Assembly: GCA_045600665.1 (NCBI GenBank)
Contig: JAZRYI010000103.1
Coordinates: 8,399-72,398, forward strand
Length of the DNA stretch: 64,000 nucleotides
DNA from: Bacteroidaceae bacterium
Lineage (GTDB): Bacteria > Bacteroidota > Bacteroidia > Bacteroidales > Bacteroidaceae
Direction: 5' to 3'
Below are positions 48,175-57,489 of this stretch, piece by piece. The stretch's first letter is position 1. The number at the start of each line of letters is the position of its first letter. The translations under genes were made by a program, and so were the position numbers. The notes under the pieces are model-generated. The model was given only the letters and a program-made list of their open reading frames with translations. It made no database searches and was not told where the DNA came from.

Positions 48175-48192
48175 TTCAACCGCACAGCACGA
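48175..48192. repeat. Right arm of the 18/19-bp inverted repeat
   Basis: TTCAACCGCACAGCACGA. Confidence 0.8.
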
Positions 48193-48280
48193 ATAATTTT
48201 GAATTGTTACTTAGTTACTTATTTTGTGAGTTCAGCAAATATAAGGGCGAAAATATGGTGGCGATGTGTTAATTTCGTGT

Positions 48281-48288
48281 TATATTTG
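48281..48288 (+). promoter_or_regulatory. Possible -7 box TATATTTG for the large T9SS gene (would give a ~235-nt leader)
   Basis: Exact TAnnTTTG, but it is far from the ATG and has no -33 box. Confidence 0.3.
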
Positions 48289-48522
48289 CACTTTTCTTCA
48301 TTTTTATTTTGTAATATCACAACTTTTTCGCTACTTTGCACCACTAAAACCTATTGGAACGTCATTAATTATGCAAAAATGATGTTGCGACTAATCGAAA
48401 ACGAACGTTTGCGGGCTTCCTAAATACTGCATTCTTACGTTCTGGCCAACCTATCGTACGAAAGTGAATTACAAACAACTAATATTAACTAATTTTTCTA
48501 ACTAAAACTAACCACAACTATT

Positions 48523-51500
48523 ATGAAGAAATCTTTACTTCTTCTTGCATCAATGTTGATGTGTACTGTTAGTGTGTTTGCGCAGTGGACTAAGCCTGAG
48601 CCAAAGCTCGAGCCTATGGCCGCAGACGGCAGCTATCAGTATATGTACAACATAGAAGCTGGTGGCTTCCTTGTTGGTGCAAATGACTATGGCACTCGTG
48701 CCTCTCTCTCTACATCTTATGCATGGAAGGTGAAAATCCTTGCAGCATTCGAAGATGAAGAAAAGACAGTTCCACTTGGCACTTATCAGATTTGCGACTC
48801 TGTAGAGGCAGGTAATGCTAAGGGCAAATGGAGCAATCTTGATTGCCAGTCTTTTGATCAGATCTGGATTGATGGTGCTGGACGCGGCGGCGCAGACATG
48901 TGGCGCTTTGTTGACCTTGGTGGCAACAAGTATGAGTTTACTAATGACAATGTTATTGGTAAGTTCGGTATGGCAAAGAAATTTGACGGTGCAGCTAACA
49001 ATCGCCTTTTCATGCTTTCTACAGAAAATGAATCTTTGCTCGACAATGATGAGAAAGTAAGATATGAAGGCGAGTGCACAACTTGGGGCTTCGTTTCTGA
49101 GGCTGAGTATCTCGCAATGGCTCCAAAGCTTGCTGCATACGCAGCTGCTATGACTTTGAAGGAGAAGATGGATGCTGCTGCAAGCAAGTATAGCGGCATT
49201 GATCTTTCAGAGGCAAATGCAGTTTATAGCAATACAGAGAATAATGACTCTATTCTCACAGCAGCTCTTTCGCTTGTTGATAAGGCAATTGCAAACTATC
49301 AGAAGCAGGGCGTTACTGCAGAGAACCCAGCAGACTTCACAGACCTCGTTCCTAACGCAGACTTTGAGAAGGGCATTGACGGCTGGCAGTTCACTACTGG
49401 CGCTCAGAACAAGGGTCAGGCTACAAACAAGGGTGTTCAAGCAGACTACCCTGGCACAACAATCACAGGTAACTTCCTTGAGAACTGGAACCCTAACTCA
49501 TTCGCTGGAAAGATTTACACAGAGCTCGCAAATCTTCCTGATGGCGTTTACAAGGTGACTATGGACGCTACTGCAAGCAGCGGCCAGGACACTTGGGTAT
49601 ATGCTAACAATGACAGCACTCGCACAGGTGGCGTTGACAGCTTCGGCGAAGGTGGCAAGGAATTGGGCGACACAGCTTACAAGTTCTCCCTCTACACTAT
49701 TGTAGGTGAGGACGGCAAGCTTGAGATCGGCCTCCGCAACAATACTGACTGCACTAACTGGATCGGTATCGACAACGTAACCCTCACATACTACGGTTCA
49801 GAAGTTGATGCATACAAGTTCTGGTACAACGAGACTCGTCAGAGCCTCATCGCTACTATGGATGCAATGGTTGATGACGACACTAAGTATGACAAGACTC
49901 AGAAGGACGTATTCACTGCTGCTCTTGCTAAGGGTGACGCTGCTTCTTCTAAGGAAGAAATCATGGAGGCTGTTGCAGACCTTACAAGCGCTGCTAATGC
50001 TACTATGGCTTCTATCGCAGCATATTCAGAGCTTAAGAAGCAGTGCGACATCATCGAGACAGATCTTTCTGACCTTGGTGACGTAATGGACCTCGTTCTT
50101 CTCTTCTCTGACTTCTTCCGTGCAGACGAAGAGGATGCTGCTGCTGACGCTCTCAATGAGCTCAAGGAGTCAGACATTCCAGAGGAACTTATGATTGAGG
50201 TTGCTCCATACTTGCTCCTCGAGGTTTGCAACATGCCAACTGATGAGGTTGTTGCATACACAGAGAAGCTTGTTGGTCTCTTCAAGTACTGCCTCGCTAA
50301 CTCTATCACTCCAGGCATGGACTTCACATCTCTTATCTCTGATGCAACATTCACAGATCCTAACGGTAAGGGCTGGACAGTAGCTAAGAAGGGTGGTAAC
50401 TTCTCACTCTACGGCGGTATCGTTCCTGATCAGGAGAAGAGCGTTGGTATGCCTGTTGCAGAGTGCTGGCACGGTACATTCGACATCTACCAGGAGGTTA
50501 CTGCTCCTGACGGCATCTACTCACTCAGCTTGAACGGCTACTGCCGTCTTGTGTCTGGTCGTGTCGTGATCCCTGCTGGGGTCTACCTCAACGACTTCTC
50601 TTCTAAGTTCATGAACTACTATGATGGTGGTGTAGCTGAGGCTGACGCTGTTGACGGTTTCAACGCATTCATCACTTCTGGTATTGAAAGTACAGCTTTG
50701 ACTCAGAACCCTCAGTTCATGGGCTGTAAGATTGTAGGTCCAGGTAACGGTCCTGACAAGTTGGACAATGGCATGTACTACCCTGACGGTATGGCAGGTG
50801 CAGGTGTTGCATTCGCTGCTGGCCGCTACGAGGCTAAGGTTTACGGTATCGTTGAAGGTGGCAAGATGAAGATCGGTGTTCGCAACCTCGAGTCTGACGG
50901 CGAGTGGGTTGTTTGGTCTAACTTCAAGCTCACATACGAAGGCAAGAACGCTAAGGCAGTTGCTGCTCTTGCTACTTCATTCGTTGCAAATGCTAACAGC
51001 TATCTTGAAGAGAACGGCGACAACATGTCAACTGTTGCTGCAAGCGCCCTCACAGCTGCTATCGCTGCAGTAGAGGATGCTGAGGGTGATGGTGATGCTC
51101 AGTACGACGCAATCATCGCACTCAACCAGGTATTGGCTGAAGCTAAGGAGAACTCTGCTGCTTATGTAGCTTGCAGCAATGCAAAGGACGAAATGTCTGC
51201 TGCTGCTGACGAGTTCGGTGAAGCTTGCGCTCCTTCTGCTATCGCAGCTTACAACGCTGTTGCAGAAGAGGATATCACAGAGAAGACAACTGAACAGCTT
51301 ATTGCTCTCACTGAGCAGTTCAAGGCTGTGACTGCTGCTCTCCGCCTCCCTAACACTGAAGGTGCTTCTGACGACAACCCAATCGCAATGACTCAGGTTA
51401 TCATCAACCCAGACTTCCAGGCAAACACTGCTGGTCAGCAGGCTACTGGCTGGACACTCGTTAAGGGTGAAGGCGCTTCTGGCAACTACCAGGTTCAGAA

Positions 51501-52053
51501 CGGCTTCGACGGTGGCGTATCTATGGAGTTCTGGAGCGACACTAACGGCTCAGGCACTAAGTACGACTTCTATCAGGACATCGCTAACCTCCCTGCAGGT
51601 ACATACGAGCTCAAGGTTGACGCTGCTAACTCATACAATGGCCAGCAGCCTGGTCCAGGTGAAGGTTACGCTTGCGTATATGCAGCAACAGGTGCTGGCG
51701 AAGACTTCGTATATGGCACAGCTGCTATCGAGACACAGATTGACGGTTGCGCAGACTCACACAAGACTTACAGCGTAATCGTTGTTCTCAAGGAAGGTGA
51801 GACTCTCCGTATTGGTTCTAAGAACGTTGACGAGCTCAGCGCACGTTGGGTAATGATCGACAACTTCGAACTCACTTACTACGGTGCAGACAGCAAGAAG
51901 AACCCTTCAGTTGACGCTATCGAATCAACTACAGCTGTTTCTACAGTATCTGCTATCTACAACTTGGCAGGTCAGAAGGTTGACAAGCTTGCTAAGGGTA
52001 TCAACATCATCAAGATGTCTGACAACTCTGTTCGCAAGGTTCTCGTTAAGTAA
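48523..52053 (+). CDS. Large T9SS-sorted surface protein with three repeated CBM-like beta-sandwich modules and Ala-rich helical spacers
   Basis: 1176 aa; signal peptide MKKSLLLLASMLMCTVSVFAQ. Three modules (aa ~270-425, 600-807, 955-1121) share N.DF...G..GW / LP.G.Y.. / ..IG.....W..IDN..LTY.G. The C-terminal AIYNLAGQKVDKLAKGINIIKMSDNSVRKVLVK is a T9SS CTD. Confidence 0.7.
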   Translation: MKKSLLLLASMLMCTVSVFAQWTKPEPKLEPMAADGSYQYMYNIEAGGFLVGANDYGTRASLSTSYAWKVKILAAFEDEEKTVPLGTYQICDSVEAGNAKGKWSNLDCQSFDQIWIDGAGRGGADMWRFVDLGGNKYEFTNDNVIGKFGMAKKFDGAANNRLFMLSTENESLLDNDEKVRYEGECTTWGFVSEAEYLAMAPKLAAYAAAMTLKEKMDAAASKYSGIDLSEANAVYSNTENNDSILTAALSLVDKAIANYQKQGVTAENPADFTDLVPNADFEKGIDGWQFTTGAQNKGQATNKGVQADYPGTTITGNFLENWNPNSFAGKIYTELANLPDGVYKVTMDATASSGQDTWVYANNDSTRTGGVDSFGEGGKELGDTAYKFSLYTIVGEDGKLEIGLRNNTDCTNWIGIDNVTLTYYGSEVDAYKFWYNETRQSLIATMDAMVDDDTKYDKTQKDVFTAALAKGDAASSKEEIMEAVADLTSAANATMASIAAYSELKKQCDIIETDLSDLGDVMDLVLLFSDFFRADEEDAAADALNELKESDIPEELMIEVAPYLLLEVCNMPTDEVVAYTEKLVGLFKYCLANSITPGMDFTSLISDATFTDPNGKGWTVAKKGGNFSLYGGIVPDQEKSVGMPVAECWHGTFDIYQEVTAPDGIYSLSLNGYCRLVSGRVVIPAGVYLNDFSSKFMNYYDGGVAEADAVDGFNAFITSGIESTALTQNPQFMGCKIVGPGNGPDKLDNGMYYPDGMAGAGVAFAAGRYEAKVYGIVEGGKMKIGVRNLESDGEWVVWSNFKLTYEGKNAKAVAALATSFVANANSYLEENGDNMSTVAASALTAAIAAVEDAEGDGDAQYDAIIALNQVLAEAKENSAAYVACSNAKDEMSAAADEFGEACAPSAIAAYNAVAEEDITEKTTEQLIALTEQFKAVTAALRLPNTEGASDDNPIAMTQVIINPDFQANTAGQQATGWTLVKGEGASGNYQVQNGFDGGVSMEFWSDTNGSGTKYDFYQDIANLPAGTYELKVDAANSYNGQQPGPGEGYACVYAATGAGEDFVYGTAAIETQIDGCADSHKTYSVIVVLKEGETLRIGSKNVDELSARWVMIDNFELTYYGADSKKNPSVDAIESTTAVSTVSAIYNLAGQKVDKLAKGINIIKMSDNSVRKVLVK

Positions 52054-52079
52054 TCGGTTTACTTAAACATATTAATTAA

Positions 52080-52117
52080 GGCACAAAGTCATTTCGGCTT
52101 TGTGCCTTTCTGTTTTT
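52080..52117 (+). terminator. Rho-independent terminator after the large T9SS gene
   Basis: GGCACAAAG/CTTTGTGCC stem followed by a T-rich run. Confidence 0.7.
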
Positions 52118-52147
52118 ATGCTACTTTAACGTGTTAATGAACAAAAA

Positions 52148-52179
52148 TTTGCTTGTTAATAATAAAAGATGTATCTTTG
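52148..52179 (+). promoter_or_regulatory. Candidate promoter (-33 TTTG 52148-52151, -7 TATCTTTG 52172-52179) for the GxxExxY gene
   Basis: Both boxes are exact with 20-nt spacing. It lies outside the left inverted-repeat arm. Confidence 0.5.
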
Positions 52180-52218
52180 CATGATTTAATTGTACCATTT
52201 AAGCCTTCTGCTTTAATG

Positions 52219-52265
52219 GACTGAAAGAAATTTATCGTTAATTAACCAGAAATTATTCAGAAATT
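52219..52265. repeat. Left arm of the 47-bp inverted repeat bracketing the GxxExxY gene
   Basis: GACTGAAAGAAATTTATCGTTAATTAACCAGAAATTATTCAGAAATT; contains AGAAATT three times (52226, 52248, 52259). Confidence 0.9.
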
Positions 52266-52276
52266 TCCATGTTAAG

Positions 52277-52735
52277 ATGAAAAAGATGACAAGAGATGAG
52301 TACATGCAGATGTATGATGTGGTAGGCGTTGCAATGCATGTTCATGATGTGTTGCATCGAGGGTTAGAAGAGCTGATATACCAAGAAGCAATGGAGATGG
52401 AATTTGCTAAGCGTGGCATGAAGGTGGAACCTCAAAAGCTGATACATTGCTATTATGAGGGACAAAGAATGAAGAAATACTATCAGGCAGACTTTTTCTG
52501 GAATGGGCTTGTAATTGAGATTAAGTCAGCAGAACAAATTATCACTGAGCATAGAGCCCAGTTATTTAATTACCTGCGACTGACAAAAAGCAAAAGAGGT
52601 CTCTTGATAAATTTTGGAGAAAGATCGCTGAGGACTGAAAGATATATATACAATGAAGATAACGACACTTTTGTGTTAATAACAAGAGAAAACGTAGACA
52701 ACTACGTTCTGAATAAGGGTGAGTTGCCCCAATAA
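52277..52735 (+). CDS. GxxExxY-family protein (PD-(D/E)XK nuclease-like fold)
   Basis: 152 aa; GLEELIY matches GxxExxY; downstream D..........EIK and LINFG blocks are typical of the family. Confidence 0.75.
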   Translation: MKKMTRDEYMQMYDVVGVAMHVHDVLHRGLEELIYQEAMEMEFAKRGMKVEPQKLIHCYYEGQRMKKYYQADFFWNGLVIEIKSAEQIITEHRAQLFNYLRLTKSKRGLLINFGERSLRTERYIYNEDNDTFVLITRENVDNYVLNKGELPQ

Positions 52736-52768
52736 CCAGATTGCTCTTGCAAAGCGAGAGTATAAGAT

Positions 52769-52815
52769 AATTTCTGAATAATTTCTGGGTAATTAATGAT
52801 AAATTTCTTTCAGTC
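52769..52815. repeat. Right arm of the 47-bp inverted repeat
   Basis: AATTTCTGAATAATTTCTGGGTAATTAATGATAAATTTCTTTCAGTC. Confidence 0.9.
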
Positions 52816-52872
52816 ACATAAAAAGCTTGCTTTTTTGTGTATAAAACAAAAGTTAATAATTTTACTACATAT

Positions 52873-55728
52873 ATGGAATACAATTTTAGAGAAATCGAAC
52901 AGAAGTGGCAGAAGGCTTGGGTAGAGAACAAGACCTACAAGACCACTGAGGATGAGAACAAGCCAAAGTTCTATGTGCTCAATATGTTCCCTTACCCATC
53001 GGGTGCGGGACTTCACGTAGGACACCCACTCGGATATATTGCAAGCGACATCTATGCTCGCTACAAGCGCCTGCAGGGCTTCAACGTGCTGAATCCTATG
53101 GGCTACGACGCTTACGGACTCCCTGCTGAGCAGTATGCAATTCAGACAGGTCAGCACCCTGAGGTGACTACCAACGCTAACATCAACCGCTATCGCGAAC
53201 AGCTCGACAAGATTGGCTTCTGCTTCGACTGGGACCGCGAGGTGCGCACTTGTGCCCCTGGCTACTACCACTGGACTCAGTGGGCATTCCAGAAGATGTT
53301 CAACTCGTTCTTCTGCAACAGCTGCCAGAAGGCTCAGCCTATCGAGACTTTGATTAAGCACTTCGAAGAGAAGGGTACTGAAGGCCTCAACGTGGCAGAA
53401 TCAGAGCACCTTGAGTTCACTGCTGCTGAGTGGAACGCAATGGACGAGAAGCAGAAGAGCGACACGCTGATGAACTACCGCATCGCTTTCATGGGCGAGA
53501 CAATGGTGAACTGGTGTGCTGGACTCGGCACAGTGCTTGCCAACGACGAAGTTGTGGATGGCGTCAGCGTACGTGGCGGATTCCCTGTAGAGCAGAAGAA
53601 GATGCGCCAGTGGTGCCTTCGCGTGAGCGCTTACTCACAGCGTCTGCTAGACGGACTTGAGACAATCCAGTGGAGCGACTCTATCAAGGAGACTCAGAAG
53701 AACTGGATTGGCCGTTCGGAGGGTACTGAAATCGAAATCAAGGTTGCTGACAGCGACGTTGACTTTACTATTTTCACTACTCGTGCCGACACAATGTTCG
53801 GTGTGACATTCTTCGTTCTTGCTCCTGAAAGCGAGCTCGTTGATATGGTCACTACTCCTGAGCAGCGTGCTGCTGTTGATGAATACATCAAATATGTGAA
53901 GGGACGCACTGAGCGCGAGCGCATGATTGACCACACTGTGACTGGTGTGTTCTCGGGCGCATACGGCATCAACCCTATCACAGGCGACAAGTGCCCAATC
54001 TATGTGGCTGAGTATGTTCTTGCTGGCTACGGCACAGGCGCTATCATGGCTGTGCCTGCTCACGACTCTCGCGACTACGCCTTTGCTAAGCACTTCGACC
54101 TCCCTATCGTGCCACTCATCGAGGGTGCAGACGTGAGCGAGGAGAGCTACGACGCCAAGGAAGGTGTCGTGACAAACTCGCCAGCTGAGGGCAATCCTGC
54201 TGTTGAATACGATGGCGAGGCACTTATCCTCAACGGCAAGACAATCAAAGAGGCTATTGCTGCAACAAAGGAATTTGTGAAGAAGCACAACCTTGGTCGC
54301 GTGAAGGTTAACTACCGTCTCCGCGATGCTATCTTCTCTCGTCAGCGCTACTGGGGCGAGCCATTCCCAGTATATTACAAGAACGGCATCCCAACAATGA
54401 TTCCAGAGGAGTGTCTCCCAATCGAGCTTCCTGCTGTTGACAAGTTCCTCCCTACAGAGACAGGCGAGCCACCGCTCGGCAACGCTACCGTTTGGGCTTG
54501 GGACGAGGCAAACAAGAAGATTGTGGAGAACTCGCTCATCGACAACAAGACTATCTTCCCTATCGAACTCTATACAATGCCAGGCTTCGCAGGCTCATCA
54601 GCTTACTATCTCCGCTACATGGATCCACACAACGACAAGGGCCTCATCAGCGAGGAAGCAGCCGCATACTGGCAGAACGTTGACCTCTATGTGGGTGGTT
54701 CAGAGCACGCTACAGGTCACCTCATCTACTCTCGTTTCTGGAACAAGTTCCTCTTCGACCTTGGCATCAGCAAGAAGGAAGAACCATTCCAGAAGCTCAT
54801 CAACCAGGGCATGATTCAGGGACGCTCTAACTTCGTATATCGCATCAAGGACACTAACACATTCGTTTCTCTCGACAAGAAGGATGGCTATGATGTCACT
54901 CCTATCCACGTTGACGTAAACATTGTTTCTGCTGATGTTCTTGATGTTGAAGCATTCAAGGCTTGGCGTCCTGAGTACAACAACGCAGAGTTCATCCTCA
55001 ACGACGAAGGCAAGTACGTGTGCGGTTGGGCAGTAGAGAAGATGTCGAAGTCTATGTTCAACGTTGTCAATCCAGACATGATCGTTGAGCGCTTCGGTGC
55101 CGACACACTCCGTCTGTACGAAATGTTCCTCGGTCCTGTAGAGCAGTCAAAGCCTTGGGACACTAACGGCATCGACGGTTGCCACCGCTTCCTCAAGAAG
55201 CTCTGGAACTTCTTCATCGGCAAGGACGACCAGCTCATAGCTACCGACGAGCCAGCATCAAAGGCTGAACTCAAAGCTCTCCACACCCTCATCAAGAAGG
55301 TGACTTCGGACATCGAGCAGTTCTCATACAACACATCCATCGCAGCCTTCATGATTGCCCTCGGCGAACTGACAAAGGCAAAGAGCACAAGCCGCGAGGT
55401 GAAGGAAGCACTCGTCATCCTTCTCGCTCCATTCTGCCCTCACCTCTGCGAGGAGCTCTGGCAGATGCTTGGTCACGACACAACTGTGTGCGACGCTCCT
55501 TGGCCAGCATTCAACGAGGAATACCTCAAGGAAGACTCGGTTAAGATGATGGTCGCATTCAACGGCAAGGCTCGTTTCCCAATGGAGTTCCCAGCAGGCA
55601 CAGACAACGACACCGTGCAGAAGGCAGCCCTCGAAAACCCTCAGTCGGCTAAGTGGCTCGAAGGCTTCCAGGTTGCTAAGGTAATCGTTGTTCCTGGCAA
55701 GATGATCAATGTTGTATTGAAGAAATAA
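52873..55728 (+). CDS. leuS: Leucine--tRNA ligase
   Basis: The start [16 protein letters not shown] is at 52873. Motifs: [12 protein letters not shown] (HIGH) and KMSKS. Confidence 0.96.
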   Translation: MEYNFREIEQKWQKAWVENKTYKTTEDENKPKFYVLNMFPYPSGAGLHVGHPLGYIASDIYARYKRLQGFNVLNPMGYDAYGLPAEQYAIQTGQHPEVTTNANINRYREQLDKIGFCFDWDREVRTCAPGYYHWTQWAFQKMFNSFFCNSCQKAQPIETLIKHFEEKGTEGLNVAESEHLEFTAAEWNAMDEKQKSDTLMNYRIAFMGETMVNWCAGLGTVLANDEVVDGVSVRGGFPVEQKKMRQWCLRVSAYSQRLLDGLETIQWSDSIKETQKNWIGRSEGTEIEIKVADSDVDFTIFTTRADTMFGVTFFVLAPESELVDMVTTPEQRAAVDEYIKYVKGRTERERMIDHTVTGVFSGAYGINPITGDKCPIYVAEYVLAGYGTGAIMAVPAHDSRDYAFAKHFDLPIVPLIEGADVSEESYDAKEGVVTNSPAEGNPAVEYDGEALILNGKTIKEAIAATKEFVKKHNLGRVKVNYRLRDAIFSRQRYWGEPFPVYYKNGIPTMIPEECLPIELPAVDKFLPTETGEPPLGNATVWAWDEANKKIVENSLIDNKTIFPIELYTMPGFAGSSAYYLRYMDPHNDKGLISEEAAAYWQNVDLYVGGSEHATGHLIYSRFWNKFLFDLGISKKEEPFQKLINQGMIQGRSNFVYRIKDTNTFVSLDKKDGYDVTPIHVDVNIVSADVLDVEAFKAWRPEYNNAEFILNDEGKYVCGWAVEKMSKSMFNVVNPDMIVERFGADTLRLYEMFLGPVEQSKPWDTNGIDGCHRFLKKLWNFFIGKDDQLIATDEPASKAELKALHTLIKKVTSDIEQFSYNTSIAAFMIALGELTKAKSTSREVKEALVILLAPFCPHLCEELWQMLGHDTTVCDAPWPAFNEEYLKEDSVKMMVAFNGKARFPMEFPAGTDNDTVQKAALENPQSAKWLEGFQVAKVIVVPGKMINVVLKK

Positions 55729-55729
55729 T

Positions 55730-56986
55730 ATGACCAAGTCGTATATATTACACGAGATAAAGGATTATGCCCTCATTGCTGTGGGCGTAATCCTTTATGC
55801 TTTGGGTGTGACAGTGTTCATGCTGCCATACGGACTCACCACGGGTGGTGTGGCAGGTATCTCATCCATAGTTTACTATGTGACAGGATTGGAGGTGCAG
55901 GTGACTTATATTGCCATAAATGTGTGCTTTCTCCTTGTAGCAATCAAGGTGTTAGGCATACGCTTCTGCATGAAGACCATATATGCAGTGTTCCTGATGA
56001 CCTTCATTCTGTGGCTCTTGCAACGCATTGTTGAAGTGCCTGACCCTGATCATGCAGGGCAAATGATGCTTCCAAAGCTGATAGGCGAAGAGGCGCACTT
56101 CATGGCTTGCGTGCTTGGAGCTATCATCTGCGGAATAGGACTCACTTTCTGCTTTGAGAACAATGGATCGACAGGTGGCACGGATATCATTGCCGCTATT
56201 GTGAACAAATACAAATCGATGTCGCTTGGCACAGTGATCATGGCTTGCGATGTGGTCATCATATCATCGTGCTATTTCATATTCCATGATTGGTTCCGAG
56301 TCATCTATGGCTTCGTGATGCTCTTCATCTGCTCTATCACGCTCGACTACTGCATTCGCCGTCAGCATCAGTCGGTACAGTTCATGATATTTTCTCGCAA
56401 CTACCAGAAACTTGCAGATGCCATCAATGACACAGGTCATGGCGTGACAATACTGGAAGGAGAAGGCTGGTTCACAAAGTCGGAACGCAAGGTGATTGTA
56501 AGCATTGTGAGAAAGCGTGATTCAAGCGTCATCTTCCGCATGATAAAGAGCATCGACCCATACGCATTTGTGTCGATGAGCGAGGCGCAAGGCGTGTATG
56601 GCGAAGCATTCGATGAGATGAAAGTCAGCGATGCTAAGGGTGAAAATCGCCTGAAGAAGGCAATCATTGTTCGCGCTATAGACGATCGCGCTTTGGTGGA
56701 TGAGGCACAAGAGATATTGGGCAGCAACTACGATGTGCGCTCACTTCTTGACATAGGCTGCGATGTGACAAAGCCATTCAATGCGGCTATACTCAGCGAA
56801 AATGCTCTTAAGCGTGCTTCTTTCGTGAAGAAATATTATGGCTTCGACTCGTTTGCTGTGGATCCAGAAGATGGGCACATAGTATTTGTTCAGGGAGATT
56901 ACGATGCTGCAGAGTATGACATACATCACTTCAGATCGCTTCAAGAGATGAAAGAATTCCTCACTGCAAAGAAACAAAAGAAATAA
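55730..56986 (+). CDS. YitT-family membrane protein (DUF2179) fused to a ~120-aa C-terminal extension resembling a degenerate RdgB/HAM1 N-terminal half
   Basis: 418 aa. Residues 1-298 are collinear with the 297-aa paralogue at 27457. The extension is KKAIIVRAIDD...LLDIGC....P......SENALKRA......YGFDSFAVD. The gene starts 2 nt after the leuS stop. Confidence 0.75.
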   Translation: MTKSYILHEIKDYALIAVGVILYALGVTVFMLPYGLTTGGVAGISSIVYYVTGLEVQVTYIAINVCFLLVAIKVLGIRFCMKTIYAVFLMTFILWLLQRIVEVPDPDHAGQMMLPKLIGEEAHFMACVLGAIICGIGLTFCFENNGSTGGTDIIAAIVNKYKSMSLGTVIMACDVVIISSCYFIFHDWFRVIYGFVMLFICSITLDYCIRRQHQSVQFMIFSRNYQKLADAINDTGHGVTILEGEGWFTKSERKVIVSIVRKRDSSVIFRMIKSIDPYAFVSMSEAQGVYGEAFDEMKVSDAKGENRLKKAIIVRAIDDRALVDEAQEILGSNYDVRSLLDIGCDVTKPFNAAILSENALKRASFVKKYYGFDSFAVDPEDGHIVFVQGDYDAAEYDIHHFRSLQEMKEFLTAKKQKK

Positions 56987-57003
56987 AGTGCTGATCGTAC
57001 ACC

Positions 57004-57486
57004 ATGGTTGAAAAGAAAAAACATAAATACTCAGAGCAGGAGGCTTACATCAAGCTTTCTGCTCTTTGTGCTGTTGCTGAATATTGCAAGCATGACATGA
57101 GGAAGAAGATGATGAACTGGGAATTGCCCGAAGATGCTGAGGAAAAGATACTGACTCGTCTCGTGGCTGAGAGGTTCGTGGACGAGGAGCGCTTCGCACA
57201 TGCTTTCGTGAGGGACAAATTCCGCTACAACCGATGGGGACGAGTGCGCATTGCCCAAGAACTGAAGATGAGGCACATTGATGAAAACGTGATAGAGGAT
57301 GCTCTTGAAGAGATTGACAACGATGACAATTTGCAGACGCTGCGAGAGATTATTGAAAAGAAAAGACCATCGGTAAAGGGCAAGAGCGAATATGAGATAA
57401 GAGGCAAGCTGATTCGCTTTGCCCTGGGCAGAGGATTCAGCATGAACGATGCTATTAAGGTTATAGGTGATCTGGACGAGGTGTGA
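57004..57486 (+). CDS. recX: Regulatory protein RecX
   Basis: 160 aa with helical repeats, e.g. ERFAHAFVRDKFRYNRWGRVRIAQELKMRHI. Confidence 0.8.
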   Translation: MVEKKKHKYSEQEAYIKLSALCAVAEYCKHDMRKKMMNWELPEDAEEKILTRLVAERFVDEERFAHAFVRDKFRYNRWGRVRIAQELKMRHIDENVIEDALEEIDNDDNLQTLREIIEKKRPSVKGKSEYEIRGKLIRFALGRGFSMNDAIKVIGDLDEV

Positions 57487-57489
57487 GTG

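Larger units (their letters stand above)
52219..52815. mobile_element. Candidate TIR-bounded single-gene cassette (GxxExxY cargo)
   Basis: The 47-bp arms are complementary at 45/47 and enclose 503 bp. No target-site duplication is seen and mobility is unproven. Confidence 0.3.

Noticed and set aside
48169-48423. An 84-aa ORF in the region upstream of the large T9SS gene.
   Set aside because: It is an AT-rich, Phe/Leu/Asn-biased translation that starts inside the right inverted-repeat arm, with no ribosome-site or promoter logic.
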